Source: Tubulanus polymorphus (lineage: Eukaryota; Animalia; Nemertea). From it: DNA of 64,000 nucleotides. Shown here one piece after another: positions 1 through 13,388 of this stretch (within the stretch, counting starts at the first letter, position 1; every line of letters starts with the position of its first letter). The stretch is taken from positions 6,200,001 through 6,264,000 of the forward strand of contig NC_134029.1 of NCBI RefSeq assembly GCF_964204645.1, given 5' to 3'. The notes under the pieces were generated by a model. The model was not told the DNA's origin. It made no database searches and saw only the letters and a program-made list of their open reading frames with translations. A program made the translations under genes and the position numbers.

Positions 1-220
1 TTAAATTTTCCGATACACTCATGAGACTCAACAAATTGTGTTTTTGGAAGTTCGACTCACTATTCATTACAAAGTAATAAAGAAAATTTCAAAATTGTAA
101 GAATAATTAAAAAACTACATAAAAATGTCTATTGATCCTGAAAATTTAAGAAATACAACTAAAACCTGTTAGAATTATAAGATGAACCTTTGATGATTTT
201 TAAGTTGAATTATCGAGAAT
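1..220. repeat. Dispersed AT-rich repeat fragment, homologous to 29319-29545 (probably an old DNA-transposon remnant)
   Basis: Colinear blocks shared with 29319-29545: aaattt(t)cccgata..catgaga, tttttggaagtt..actcactatt, gaattatc(g/a)agaat. Confidence 0.6.
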
Positions 221-704
221 TCTGTATAAAGGCTCATTAACTTTTTTAACATTCACCCGAGTGTTTAATCTTAACAACAATTGTGGAACTCTCAACTAAG
301 TCATATTTACTATAGGGTTTGTTGTACCAATCCCAGTCCATCAAACTAACCCAAAAATAGATTTATTATAGTAATTATAGATAAGCACGTGTTTCATAGA
401 AAAGCTTCAGTACGCAAAGAACTGAGAAACATGTAATTTAATATTGGTTTTTTTCATCATCGTGAACGCATTCGCCCCAGGTTAAAACATCGGGTGTTGA
501 GATGGAACTCTACGTGCAGTAATTGCGTTTCTACGGATCTGCGCGCAGCCGAAATCAAGAATATACGAGAGATTTCTTCAGAAAACCGGATTAGTTTCTT
601 TTCCCCCACAGATAAACGAAATCATGGCATTAACTATTAGGGCAATGGATCAGCGTAATGCACGTTATATTTATTGCAATAAAACTATATGTATATATAC
701 TTAC

Positions 705-2282
705 GTCGCTTTCGTTCTTTCTTTCCAGTTTTTTCCACATTCGCTGCTCTTCGAGTAGATCGAATTCGCCCAGTCCGACGATTACTTCGCCGATCAATTC
801 GGGACGTCGCAGATTGCCCACTTTGTTCTGTATCTTGATGCGGAGGCGCAGCGACCTCAGCTGATCCGCGTCGATATCGTGGAAGTGAAACTCTTCGTTG
901 AAAATCGGATCAGTCGTGTGTTTAGCGACGTTCGACGATTGCTTTTGAAGTTTACCGGGCATCAAGCAAACCTTCGCGAACGGGTTCGTGTTCTGTTCGT
1001 TTCGTTCGTTTAGTACCAAGTGCTCGGCCCTGATCAGCAATACGCGAACGTGTCTTTTTTCGGGTACGTAGCGCACTGAGAATTTGAGCTCCCCGAACTC
1101 GGCTAACGGATTAACAGCTTTTACGCTATGACAAGAACAAGATGTTGATAAAGAGTTTTGTGAACCGTTTAATGTCAGTTCCGTTGAATTAGCGCTCAGG
1201 CTCGTTCGAGCTTCGGTTCCATTAATCGAGAACTGACTATTTTCATTCACGCACTCAGACACTGAACGTCCGTGGACCCTGAAACCGTATGTTTTAGCCA
1301 CGTTGTTATTTTCATTCAAACCGGGCAGCGACGATCTTCGCCTACGATAAATACTGTTTCGCATCTTCGGTTCACCCTGTCCTCGACTACTGGCGCGACG
1401 AATCAGGCCTTCGAAATTCAATCGTATTTTTGTACCAGCGTCCGGTGTACTAACGGGCGATGAACTCGTCGACCAAGGTAGACCATGCGATGGGCTCCCA
1501 CCACCTGGGCTTAAATCCACGCTTGCAGACGTTACTACGGGCGTCGTAAGCATAGCCAAGGGTGAAACTAATGATTGTATATTACGCCTTCTACTAGAAG
1601 GTACCCGTTGCAAAATCGGTCGGTCCATTTCAATTTCCGCTTGTTCTGGGTAACTAGGTATCGAAAGGCCAATCCGCACCGTATCGCAGGAGCTAAAGTT
1701 TCTTCTCCCAACTTGAAGGGTCGATACAGAATTATGTACACCCGTTTCACTCGGTTCCAAATAATGGAATAAACTTTCTTTTCGCCTAGTATGCGGAGCC
1801 TGCTTTAGAGTATCAAACCCGAAAGGCGTTTTCGTTTTGAAATGCGCCAATCCCATGGCGGCCAACGACTGTGGATCAGCATTCGTATTATCAAATGAAA
1901 CATCATCGGTCGACACGGATTGTTCGTCTCCGAATTTTAGTGTTGGACTGTGACTCGGACTGACCGGTGCTGATCGAGGATGTTTCAGTGAACTAGGTAG
2001 CAACAGAAAGTCATTATTCGGAGGCGTGTACGACGTTGGAGACCTGCACGGTGAACAGGATGACAGACTGCCACTTGTACTGCTGTTGATACTACAATTC
2101 TCACCTAGATCGGTCTTCAGCTCTTTGCTGGAGCGGTGTTGTTGTTCTAAACTACACGTTCTCGGAATTGTAAATGCTGGGATGTTGTTTGGTGTAACAA
2201 CATTAGTGTAACCCGGTGATAGTTCGTCATCGTTAATGACAAGCTTACACTTATTTATCACCCATTCTTTAACTGAATCCAT
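705..2282 (-). CDS. C2 calcium-dependent domain-containing protein 4 (C2CD4C/NLF)-like; large first coding exon, gene probably continues past the left edge
   Basis: C2CD4 family motifs NVVTPNNIPAFTIP, DPQSLAAMGL and FGFDTLKQAPHTRRKESLFH, then a C2 domain (GELKFSVRY...NPFAKVCLMPGKLQKQ...DPIFNEEFHF). A splice donor GAC|gtaagt at 705/704 means the last ~24 aa of the ORF track are intronic. Acceptor tttcag at 2305-2310 just upstream of the ATG. Confidence 0.8.
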
Positions 2283-2363
2283 GGTCAGTATAGATATGAT
2301 TTATCTGAAAGAATAATTTAAAAACCAAGCATTATTGATGTGTATACCCCGAGAGTTTTAAAC

Positions 2364-2393
2364 CATGGACCCTAAAACGTTTTAGAGTCCATG
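2364..2393. mobile_element. 30-bp CA..TG hairpin with 7-bp flanking direct repeat (putative minimal MITE)
   Basis: catggaccctaaaacgttttagagtccatg is a near-perfect palindrome. Flanks are tttaaac (2357-2363) and tctaaac (2394-2400). Confidence 0.5.
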
Positions 2394-5080
2394 TCTAAAC
2401 ATAAAAGAAACGATATTTTCAAAGTTCCTCTTTCATGCCAAATGGCCAAACAGCGTCAATATCGATTTTATCAGCAAGTTTTTACTCGGTGGAATGAAAT
2501 GAGTTTCATGGATCTAAATTCAATGTATACGACATACTTGTGAACATCTTTCATGAAAAAACCCGACTCGTGATCTTACTTTTAATTGTAATTAGGTTTC
2601 GATATAAAAATAGTTTTGTCTTGCGACAAGAATATACTGACACCGCAATGGATTTTAACCATATGACATAAATTCTAAATGAAAGGTTTCTTCTCGACTT
2701 CCTCCAATACATCATTTCTTTATTACAGTATTACAACTTAAAGAACATGAAAAAGCTTTATGAAATTATCAATTATTCGTGAAATGAATGATTTACCTTC
2801 TAGTAACATACATGTAAAGCACACAAACTCTGCAGACTATGCTGTTCTCCTCTTTGTCTTGATAGACATAAATGAAATTATTACCAAATGATCCACAAAA
2901 ACTTCACGGGGGGTATGAATGATATTCCGCGTAAGCTCTAATTGACGTATGATCCATTAACACATTTACAAGCATACGCAGGTGTTATCGCGGTCGAAGT
3001 GTCGAAAATTGCAAAAATGGCAGCTAGCTGACTAAGAAATTGTCAAAGTCGACTTTGAGCTAAATGAATAAATGTGATCAATTCAATTTGTTTATTTGAA
3101 GACATTACGGATATTAGTGATGAATGAGGCTATCAAAACTGTCTTGTGTTTCACCATATCAGCATTCCGAATCCGAATTAAATAGTACGTGCAAACGTTA
3201 ATGGATGGTTTTAGCACTAGATAACAAATACTTCATCTCGTATATCAACGAGAACATTAAATCTCTTGAAACCTATTCATGCGCCAGTAACTTAAAATTT
3301 GGATTTACTGTGGGGAAAAATTATGAATGTTTATTTCTATTTTCATACCTATGCTTAAAAATAAGCGGACACCGGGAAAAAGATAAAATCCGAAAAAGTG
3401 CGTCGGTGGATCTCCGTAATCCAACTTATAAAAAACGACCTTAGATGCGTTACGTAAAGCTCCTCTTTTAATTTTCATACCCACATTATATGAAATAGAA
3501 TGTGTGGGATTGAAAATTTGTTGGACGCCGCACCCCGTCGTGAGATATTAAGTGTCATTGTACTACCGCCAATTTCCCTTCCACAAGGGCGCACGTGTCG
3601 CACCTATTGCACCAGTGATATATTTGGAACATTCATTATAGACCGAACAAACGACGATAAAAGGTGTTAACGCGGCTTCCTCCAAACTGGGAAGGTCCCA
3701 CAAAAAGTATTCCTCGAGCCAACTTCGTAATGCTCATATCCTTTCTTGGTTGTTAATTCTGATTCATTTTATGCGCCCACCTTTTATTGTCTCCTACCGC
3801 AAAGCTGATCAATTTTACACAAAAATTAGAAGTCTCCTATTAGTTGTTTGTCAGTAAAGATTTTTCTTCTCATAGCGTTCGTGATGTTACGTTACCTGGA
3901 TTGGTGACACTGATTAGTTATGAGAAAATTGTCTTCCCTCGAAGCTACGCGGAATACGTAGATTGAGATCGGCGCGCGTAACTTTGTTTGAAAGAAAAAC
4001 ATCTATAAATAATCAATTTTGCCTTCATTGCGTCTGTCCATATAAATCAATCGTAATGAAAATTAGATGACCATAACATACATTGTGTATTAAGCACTGG
4101 AAGGCATTTGAAGGCTAATTCTCTGAATAATTAATGGCTGACATTGATTGATAAGTACGACAATGATGCAAACGAAAAAAGGAAGAAAAGATCCAGAACA
4201 TCATACACATTGAATACCTGGGTATGCAGCTATTGCGTTAGCATCAACTTAATGTCATATTAAGAATGTTCCTTACATACAGTATCATATCAGATATCTC
4301 GGTAGAACTATTCTGCTTCGTCTGATCTACCTGCAACCCTCGGGATTGTTGGATGGTTTTTTCCCGTCTTCAAAATGACTGATCGCTTCCCTTTCTTTAC
4401 CCGATTACGGAAGTCACCAATTTCATACACGAGCCAGTAATTTCTATCTGAACAGAAAGCTCTGTTTACCGTAAAGTCGAACAATAGACAGAGCTGGTCG
4501 GATGCGACAGCAATTTGAAAATCTATCCGCGTCACATTACGGTGCCAGCGTGAAAGCGTCCCGAGGTTGGAGCTATTCGTTTTCTTTGTGTATACAAGAT
4601 GCATCGGATTGTTCAGATTTTTGTCCTAATCGTATTGATACAATACAGCTCCAAAAAGGCTCTATGCATCATAAAGCTACACTTTCAGTTCCAGTGTCAT
4701 CCGCCGCAATAAATTCTGGAAATGACGGCCGCTTGGCCATCAGCATGCAAAGTGCCCTTTCGTAGAGATAAAAGCCTCTCGAAGAAATTCCATGGGAATA
4801 GAACCAGCCGCGGTATCACTCGAAAATCGTTCCCCGCAGAAGGAAAGGAGCTCTTTCCCGATAGGCACTAAGAGTCTACTTGACATAGAAATGAAGTCGC
4901 TACATGAGATTCGTTTTTTAGAATTACGTAAAACGTAAATGCTACTTAAACTCACGCGGCTCCACATCACCCCCCCCCCCCCCAAATACGCGAGTACTTG
5001 AAAGTAAGGAATTATTGAATTGCATTGGAAATTGGTGTCTGAGTATGAACTGATTTAGATTTAGATTTTATTTTCTCCAC

Positions 5081-5113
5081 ATATACATATATATATATAT
5101 ATATATATACATA
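5081..5113. repeat. (TA)n microsatellite; poly-C run nearby at 4970-4983
   Basis: Directly visible in the sequence. Confidence 0.9.
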
Positions 5114-8100
5114 TGAAAACAGATAAAATTTCTTACGATATTTCCTTAAAAAATCTATATAAAACAGGGAAAGAAAAGAATAATATCTTATATTAGTAGC
5201 TTTAAACATTTTCTTATGCATTCTTAAATCTTTGAAAACAAGACATTGTGAAATAAAGTGATACACATCTCCTATTTCATTAAGGTCACATTGAGCGGAT
5301 ATATTTACTATACGTACATGTATATAGCCTACGGACTAAACGTTGGGGCGTATAATAAATAATTTACGTATCAATTTCCATGAACGCTGATAGTCAGGCG
5401 TCATTCGAAACCGTCGAGAGAAATTGGTTTTCGACAATACTGAGATTCACCTGAGATAACTCAGCACGGTATATCAGTATCGTATAAGAGAAAACTTCGT
5501 TAAACAGATATATACGCATTTGTCTATTGCGGGTTTTGCATAATAGATAATGTTTGATTCCTCACAGAATTCGAATCGTATGGCTTCAGAGAGTTGCATC
5601 AGCAAAAAAGTTACCGCGATTATTTGATTATTCAGCGATGTAATTTGATTAGAATTGATTATCATCATTATTACATTACGCATCAAACATCTACCTCATG
5701 TTTGCCATGTTTCGACCGAAGGCAACCGAACTCTGACAAGCAAAGATGCATTGCAGTAAAATTGTATTTTTTGTTCCTCTTGAGATGATGTTTAGTTTTA
5801 ACCTCGAAACTGTAAGGAAATAAACTGTTTCTACAGATCTACAGTCGGTTTTTATTCGTTATGCATTGCATCAGCTTCACGTGATGTACATATATTTCAC
5901 ATATTTTACCATTTTGTTTTTTGTCAAACATTTTCTTTCTCCATGTTATAAATTCTAGGAGTAAACTCGTGTGAGAGAAAGATTGTATGCTTTAGTGAGA
6001 TACGTAAAAATACCTCGAATGACGAGATCCAATCGTCATTGGTATGGCGACGAATTTTTTTCCAAGGGGGACTCAATTTATTATTGTCCAGCCATTGTAG
6101 CTGTTTAGGGTTTATTAGAACAATTACGTATCTATTCCATGTCATATCTATTTTCGCCGTCCACATGGGTTGTCCATAGAAACATGTATAACTTTTTATA
6201 TCCTCTTTCAAGGCCACGCAATATCCACACAGACCTCATCCACCAAACAGGCGATAAGTTGCAAGAAAAAGCTACATAAAACTGTGAGATCAATCTTATC
6301 CATTATGCTCTACACGCTACTATACCTACTACTACGACGGATTTCCTATTAAACTATTTAGAATCCACCATGAAGTGCCAAACATTTTTAGGGAAAAATT
6401 TCCATCGGAACAAATTTTGTTCAGTACTGAGACCCGTGATATCAACGAACAAGATACCGAATAAGTCATACATAATCCTCAAATTGATGAAATCTTACCT
6501 AATAGATGAAATCGAAACTTATGTTATTTCTTCATACAAAATGGAAAACCCATCAGGCAATCAAGTATGCGCATTTCAACGCTTTCATGTTTTTGATATC
6601 AGGCAGGGGTAGAATCAATTTTTGTGTATTGTTTAAGGGTTAAGCAAATCAAGCGTATTCGGTATGTATTTATTTATAGATAAGCCTCCGGCATGTCATA
6701 TCCATCCTCATCATCATTTTATATGCGCCATATAAACATCAAGTAGTTTCCATTGTGCATCATGATAGAATCTCTAGTTAAAAGAAGAACCGTCGTCTCC
6801 ATGTGATAGCGTGTGGACCAGTTTTCATCCTTTAGAATGTGGGTTGTATGATTCGTTATATCAACTGACATCCTGAGAAGGCACATTTTTCTTTCGTCGG
6901 TAAATAGCCTTGGATATTAAAAGTCTTCATTTTCAACGCATCGTCTACAAAGGCTTATCATGCTTATCGACTTTCGGCAGGTTTATTCCATCTACGCCGA
7001 TGCTAATACAATTTTTGCATTTCATGGGGATGGGATAGTTGAAGTGTCGATTAAGATTGTACCGATAGCTTTACGTGTAACTGAGCATCGCGGAAAATAA
7101 GGCCTCAACCCCTGACCATATATCTATCCGCACGTCCTTATTTCCTTTGAACCAGACCGAAATCAAATAAAGCCTAGAAAAATGTCTCGGATGACAAGTT
7201 GCGACAGATGAAACGGTAATGGTATTATCATGTTTCACCAAAGCAAGGAAAAGTACTTTACATTTCATAAAACCAAATCTCTGAGAATAAAATCGCATGA
7301 TGTCACCTTATTCCCTCCCCGTCTCTACTGCCAATGAAACGAGCAACCCATCTACGTCAAACTGTGGCAAAAAAAACTTTAACCCTCGTTTAACAACGTA
7401 CTTTCGATTTTAGATCAAATGGTTGACATGTACATATATAACATTACATCTGATTGATTTGCAAATTCAAATTGATTTGGAACGAAGCTCCATCCACGCA
7501 CAGTTTGATGTCATTCCACGAATTAGACATGACATTGATAAATTAATTAGTGAGCGACCGAAAAATAGCTGTGACTGATGCACAAATTTGTTTATACCGT
7601 CACATCACCTCGAAGCTGGTTATCGATTTCATGTTCAGTAAATGTAAATTATCTTTCTGTATATCGTCAGTATGTCAGAGTATGATCTATGAACGGCTGC
7701 TATTTGCTGCACCGCAATTCAGACGTCAACGTGATGTTTTATTATTGACGTTTTATTGATCTTGATGGTAAATATTTTGTAGACGCATTGAAATTATAGC
7801 AACCTGATAAAAGTGCTGCACTCAACTGGTGCTGATTGAGTTGTCATTAGGTCGAAAATGTAACGCGTCTGCTCAACGTCCTTGAATATCTTTGGCTATT
7901 CGTTGCGTAGGTCACAATTGGCAGAAATCACAGTAATCTATATATGTCAAAATGAGAAATCCCTCACCAATTCCCAGAAGCTGGTCAACTTTGCCCGTTC
8001 ATTACATACAATGGCGATTGATGGTTGATTAATACCGTGTAATAATGTAATGGACCGACATTAAATAAGCTAGGAAGTAATTTCACGTTGAGGGTTATTT

Positions 8101-11100
8101 GAGCACCACTCTACGATCTTTATATTGAATCGTCTGTTGACATGGTGAACTGTGCGTTGTGGGATTGAAGGCCGATATATGGCTTCATTTTAGATTGCTT
8201 CGAAATCTCGTGTGATACATGAGACTATTGTACGCTGGGCTTAAGACGGAGATGACTACAACGAATGTCACTTCAAATCATCTAGAATTCCAGTTTGCAT
8301 CCGATTGATTGATACATAACGACGTGAAATTATTCATTACCACCACCGCAACCGTCGCCATCCGCTTAAATCTGTTCCCGCCGAAACGGAGATCCCCTTC
8401 AGCCAGTGCCCTGATAGCTTTTTGAAAACGAAATTCTCTGTGATCAAGCGCTACCCTTAATGCCTGGATGAAAGTGCAACCACTCGTTCGTTGCTGATAA
8501 GCAGGTAACCTAATGGGTCTTTTTGAAGGGCGAATTAGTAAATGTTGGACGGACTAAATAGGCATCCTTAAGTCGGAAATAATTTCCGTGTCGCATATGA
8601 TGCCGCTACTGCAGAAATCAATCATGGTTTTTGCCCGAATTGTTTCTCATCTCCCACGCCGTCGTCGATTACCGCATAGATCGATTACCACAATGGAAAA
8701 GAAGACAGTAACCTCTTAAACCCAACGGATACCGACACCTCTCCGACGAAAGGTGACATACCGGGTCAGATATGATTTACTGAGACAAGGTATATCATTA
8801 CATGGTCGAGACGCTTCGGTCGATAGTCATTAGTTCAATGATCACTGGGTGAAATAGACGACGTTGTTTGCTGTACGCTGTAAGATTTATTATCGCCATT
8901 CACCTGCCCGGTGTAACGCGCTGGTTCGACGTCAATCATTACTGAAAGAAGTCTTTTTCTTACGTTTATTCTCATTTCGTTCGTTCGATGTGCGCGCATT
9001 GATTTCAAAATATAGCGCCAGATATGTGGCAGTAATGCGATACTATTAGAATGATCAGATCTAAATGTCAAAGTCTTTGCGCACGAGAATGAGGATTTAG
9101 AAGCCATTTTCAGCCGTAAAGGTGCGTCAAAGCTTCCATGTATATATGCTAAGCCGTATAGTATAACCACTATTACCTTAATTTTTCATAGAATCTGCAC
9201 GATAGCCGCAAAAAAGCTCGACAAGACCTTTCCAATAAGTATATCTATCAACGTTGGTATTGGCTTAATTTCCGGATCATGGCTACGAAATGAGTAAGAC
9301 ACGTATTCAAGTAGAGAACCCCATTAGGAATATAGACCGCCAGCAAAAATAGAAGATACCTTATTTCATAGCGATACGCCTACCAAGACAAAGGATGTTC
9401 ACCATCTCGGCGTGAAAACGGATAATTGCGTTCAGGTTATTTTATCGTTACTTGCCTTTTGGGCAGTAAACAGGTTTTTACAGCTGAAATATCACATTCG
9501 GCGCGCATTTCTTTATTTCATAGCAATTGAACGAACTTCAACCTTTTCGCAATGATCATGAATAACTACAAACCAGAGGTGAAACCCGAGCTATCCCGAT
9601 GGCAATTTGCCTTTCGTCGACACGAAAATTGAATTTTCTAATTCGTAAACAAAACGAAATTATTCAATAGCGTCGGAATAAGAGAAATTGCAACGGACGA
9701 CTTTTATCATGTTAGCACTACAATTAGAATAATTGCCGGCTTGATTCGCTGAAACAACGTTGTTTGCATTTCCGTTTGCTGCCTTGTAAATAAGAGATCG
9801 TCGCATTTACATCAATAAAATATTTTATGATTGCGTTGCAACAAAAACAAGCGCAATTTATTTCCATTAATGATATGTTCTGATCGCTGAAGCCCTTCGT
9901 ACTATAACGGCAGCAAAGAAAACCGTTTCGAGGCCAGAAAGTGCGTGTGATTAGAAGACAATGAACGTCCAGTTAATTGGGAATTAAATTTACGTGATTA
10001 CGGGCGATAAGTTTTCTGATTCTTCCATCGAATCTGAATTCGTTGAATACAGGTATCAGGGTATTTCGTCGTGTTTGAACAATTTATTCCTATCATGAAA
10101 TCATATTCACCGTATTCAACGAGATTCGTATGGAAAACCCACGATCCTCAATTATTGATCCAGTTATGAATGCAAATAATAAATTCCGAAGTCTTAATCT
10201 AACAAATTGAAATAAAGGTATATCGATTAGTCAAGATCGAAACGTACACAACGGATAAAGACCCTATGATGATCATTACTTTTCATACATTGGAGTTGAT
10301 GAGTCAGATTTTCTAAAGGAAAATCATCATTTATGTACGGGTACATACCTGCGATTGAAAATTGAAGTAAACTCCAGCGTTTCCACTCGATCAACTCGCA
10401 TCCGTCCATTTTGTTTGTATTCGTAGGGTATATTGCTAACTTCATATATAGATATATTTATATATCCGAAGCTTGTCGATGTCGGAAGATTCTGCTGCTA
10501 CACTGAACTGCGAGAGCAAGTCAATCTTTCTATCGATCACATTTGCGAGCGTCGCCGAAACACCATTCTCTTTTCGAGCTGCTCGCGTCAAATCCATAAT
10601 ACAGAGAGGAAAGCGTGTTCCTGACAACGGGAGGTTTATGTTACGTAGATTTCTGATAGATCTGCGGGTTTTAATGAAAGCGGATAATGAAAAATACTAA
10701 TTTAATCTTCGTTGCGGTAGACATGTTGTAGGTAGACTGCCCAACGCCGCGGGCGTATGAAAAATATAAGCGGCAGGGATAAGTATGACATAGCGTACAT
10801 ACTGCCCCTGCAGACGTTGTCAATTAGACATAACACCGGAATATCGGTAAATCCACTGCTTAACCATTGCTCGTCGCATGGCTTAGCCGAAGATATGAGT
10901 TTGATAGAATTTAAACTGCTTTCTCGAGTGGCTGGGAATTTTGAAACTAAGGCCAGTGTGAACATCCGGTATGGACCTTCAGATCGTATTTACAGTCAGG
11001 GTCCGTTTTAATGGCATCCTTTTCGATGCCATTGATCGCTATACGCCAACGTTTTTCAGTGAACAAATTTTCCTAATCTAATTCAAATTCGATAAAAAAC

Positions 11101-13388
11101 CGCCACGTGTTCCATTGGTCCCAACAGGGACATTATAACGGGCTTTCACTGTTTATGTATCAGTCTAGCTACTGTTTGCTCAGTCGTTGTTTTACGTCAT
11201 TGTCAAACACACATCGCCTCATGATATTATTTTAGTAAAAATTCGATTTACCGATACATTAGAATTTCGCAAGTATTGAGTCCAACCATTACCTATTCCC
11301 CATCAGAGCAGTTTTGATGTTGTAAAAACAGCGTAATGTCGGAGTTTACTCCGAACAAAACAAAAATCGCCCACCTCTTTACATATATACGTATAGAGAC
11401 AACGTAAGGCACGACCTTTTCACCGTCATATCTTGTGATCTTAAACAATCAGTAAAAAAGCATCAGCCTTCTTCTGCTAGCAGTAATCAAGGATCAGTTT
11501 CGGCATCATCAGCAATGCGGTATAATTGAATTCAGTTAACACTTTTGTCAGCGGCGTCGACTAGTTGCAATAATGATTAGTTTCGCGATGTAACTGATGT
11601 GGACGCAGTTATAAGATGAAAAATCTCACACTAGAAATCAATTTGAATATTTATTAATCGACTGAAAGTACGTAGTTACGGCTGTTGACTGTTGACGTTA
11701 ATTAACAGGAAATTAGGCAGAGCTATTAGACTTCAAATTGATGTAATTCTAGGCTTCGCATCGTCCATCCGCATTTATTGAAATGTCGCCTCTAACTCGT
11801 AGAACTAACATCTTTTTGATTCATCCATTCAGTGCTGATTAAACGTCAAAACAGATTTTTCGTAAGTGACGGTTAGAAATGTTTCTGGATGTAATTTCTT
11901 ACAGCTGAGTGATCGGATATTCACCATAGCATTGAACCACGAATGAACAGATAGTTGTTGTCAATATGTGAAATTATACCTATCAAGTAAAATTTTCATT
12001 GGGATTAGATATCTGAAAAGCTTGAAATCCACTCAATGAACTATACTGTATAGACTTTGCCCAAGTCAGATCCGTTTAACTCGGATGACCGTTCAGCTCG
12101 GATCTTTTTAAATATATTTTTTGACACTGTAAATGAAATAAACAGCATACAACTCGCATATCACTCAAATCGGACACATTTCTACTGTCCTAAAAGATTT
12201 GACTTGAGCGAAGTCTACCGCAATATGAAATGTTACAGACTATACGAAAATGGTATTTATCAAATTTCTCGGAAATTGATGTCAGAAAAGAGTTTTGCTT
12301 CCGATCCTCAATTCAGATAATACGATTACATTGATGCATTCTTCACTCGACTCAGCGCGCAAATACGAAAATATACATCGATCGTATTTCATCAACAAGA
12401 AATCATCATCTTTCGATGACGCCATCCATCGGAGAGCGTTGATGTATTCGTGGTTTTGTATGTATCCCGAATGATAAGTATATGGCAGCATCCTCGTGAA
12501 CAGCTCACAAAAAAACCTTCGGATATTCAGCAGACGAAGTATCGTGTGACGCATGTTCATTGGAAATTGCAATTTTGCGTGAATTCCAAAACCATTATTG
12601 ACAGAACGCCAAACTTGCAATCGGTGATCTCCGTTAGATGCACTTTTTACTACACGAATCAATGTTGATTGTATGTTTTACCATGTAATTCTCTTGTGTG
12701 TTTCGTGATAGGTTTGATCAGGGAGGCTTCACGCCTCCTTGGTATAACGGACGACCTACCGGACGTTTGGCGACCACCAACGCGCTTTCAGCGATAATCG
12801 ACTATTCGGTGCATGCGGATGCTAGTTTTGGCCGAGGCAAAGAAGTATAAGTATCGAATTATATTCTCAAAACCTACGCGGATTGCGGTAGAATATCAAG
12901 TCGGGGTCCATTTTCGTAGGTCATCTACGAGAAAACAACGAGAAAAGGCCTCGACTAACTCGGGTTTATAATCCTTTTTACAGTTTCCAGGCGCTATATT
13001 TTTGGTACTCGCTGGGTCCGTATTGTCCCTATTTTTTCTAATTCAATCTTTTTATTTCATTCATATCACTGGATTGGAAAAGAAAATAGATAGTAGGGAA
13101 AGCGAAGTCTATTATGTTGATCTGTTTAATCAGTCATAATATAGGAAATATAATTTTAATTTCGAGGCATCGTTTTCATTGTCGATTCCCTTTTTCTGTT
13201 AGTCTCCGTCAATCTGAGTTTGAAAATGATACTCCTGAAATTGATGGATGGATGTAAGTATGCTGGAAATACGATGCATTTATATAGTTATTTCATCAGT
13301 TCAAGGTCCAAGTTCAACATAGATTTTGTATAATTTGGTAACGAAATTAGACGACTATATTCTTCCTTATGCATTTTTATACCTTGAA

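Noticed and set aside
2800-13000. Many 60-126 aa ORFs in the long gene-poor stretch
   Set aside because: No recognisable motifs or consistent exon chain; probably regulatory or 5' intronic DNA. Small exons or ncRNAs could have been missed.
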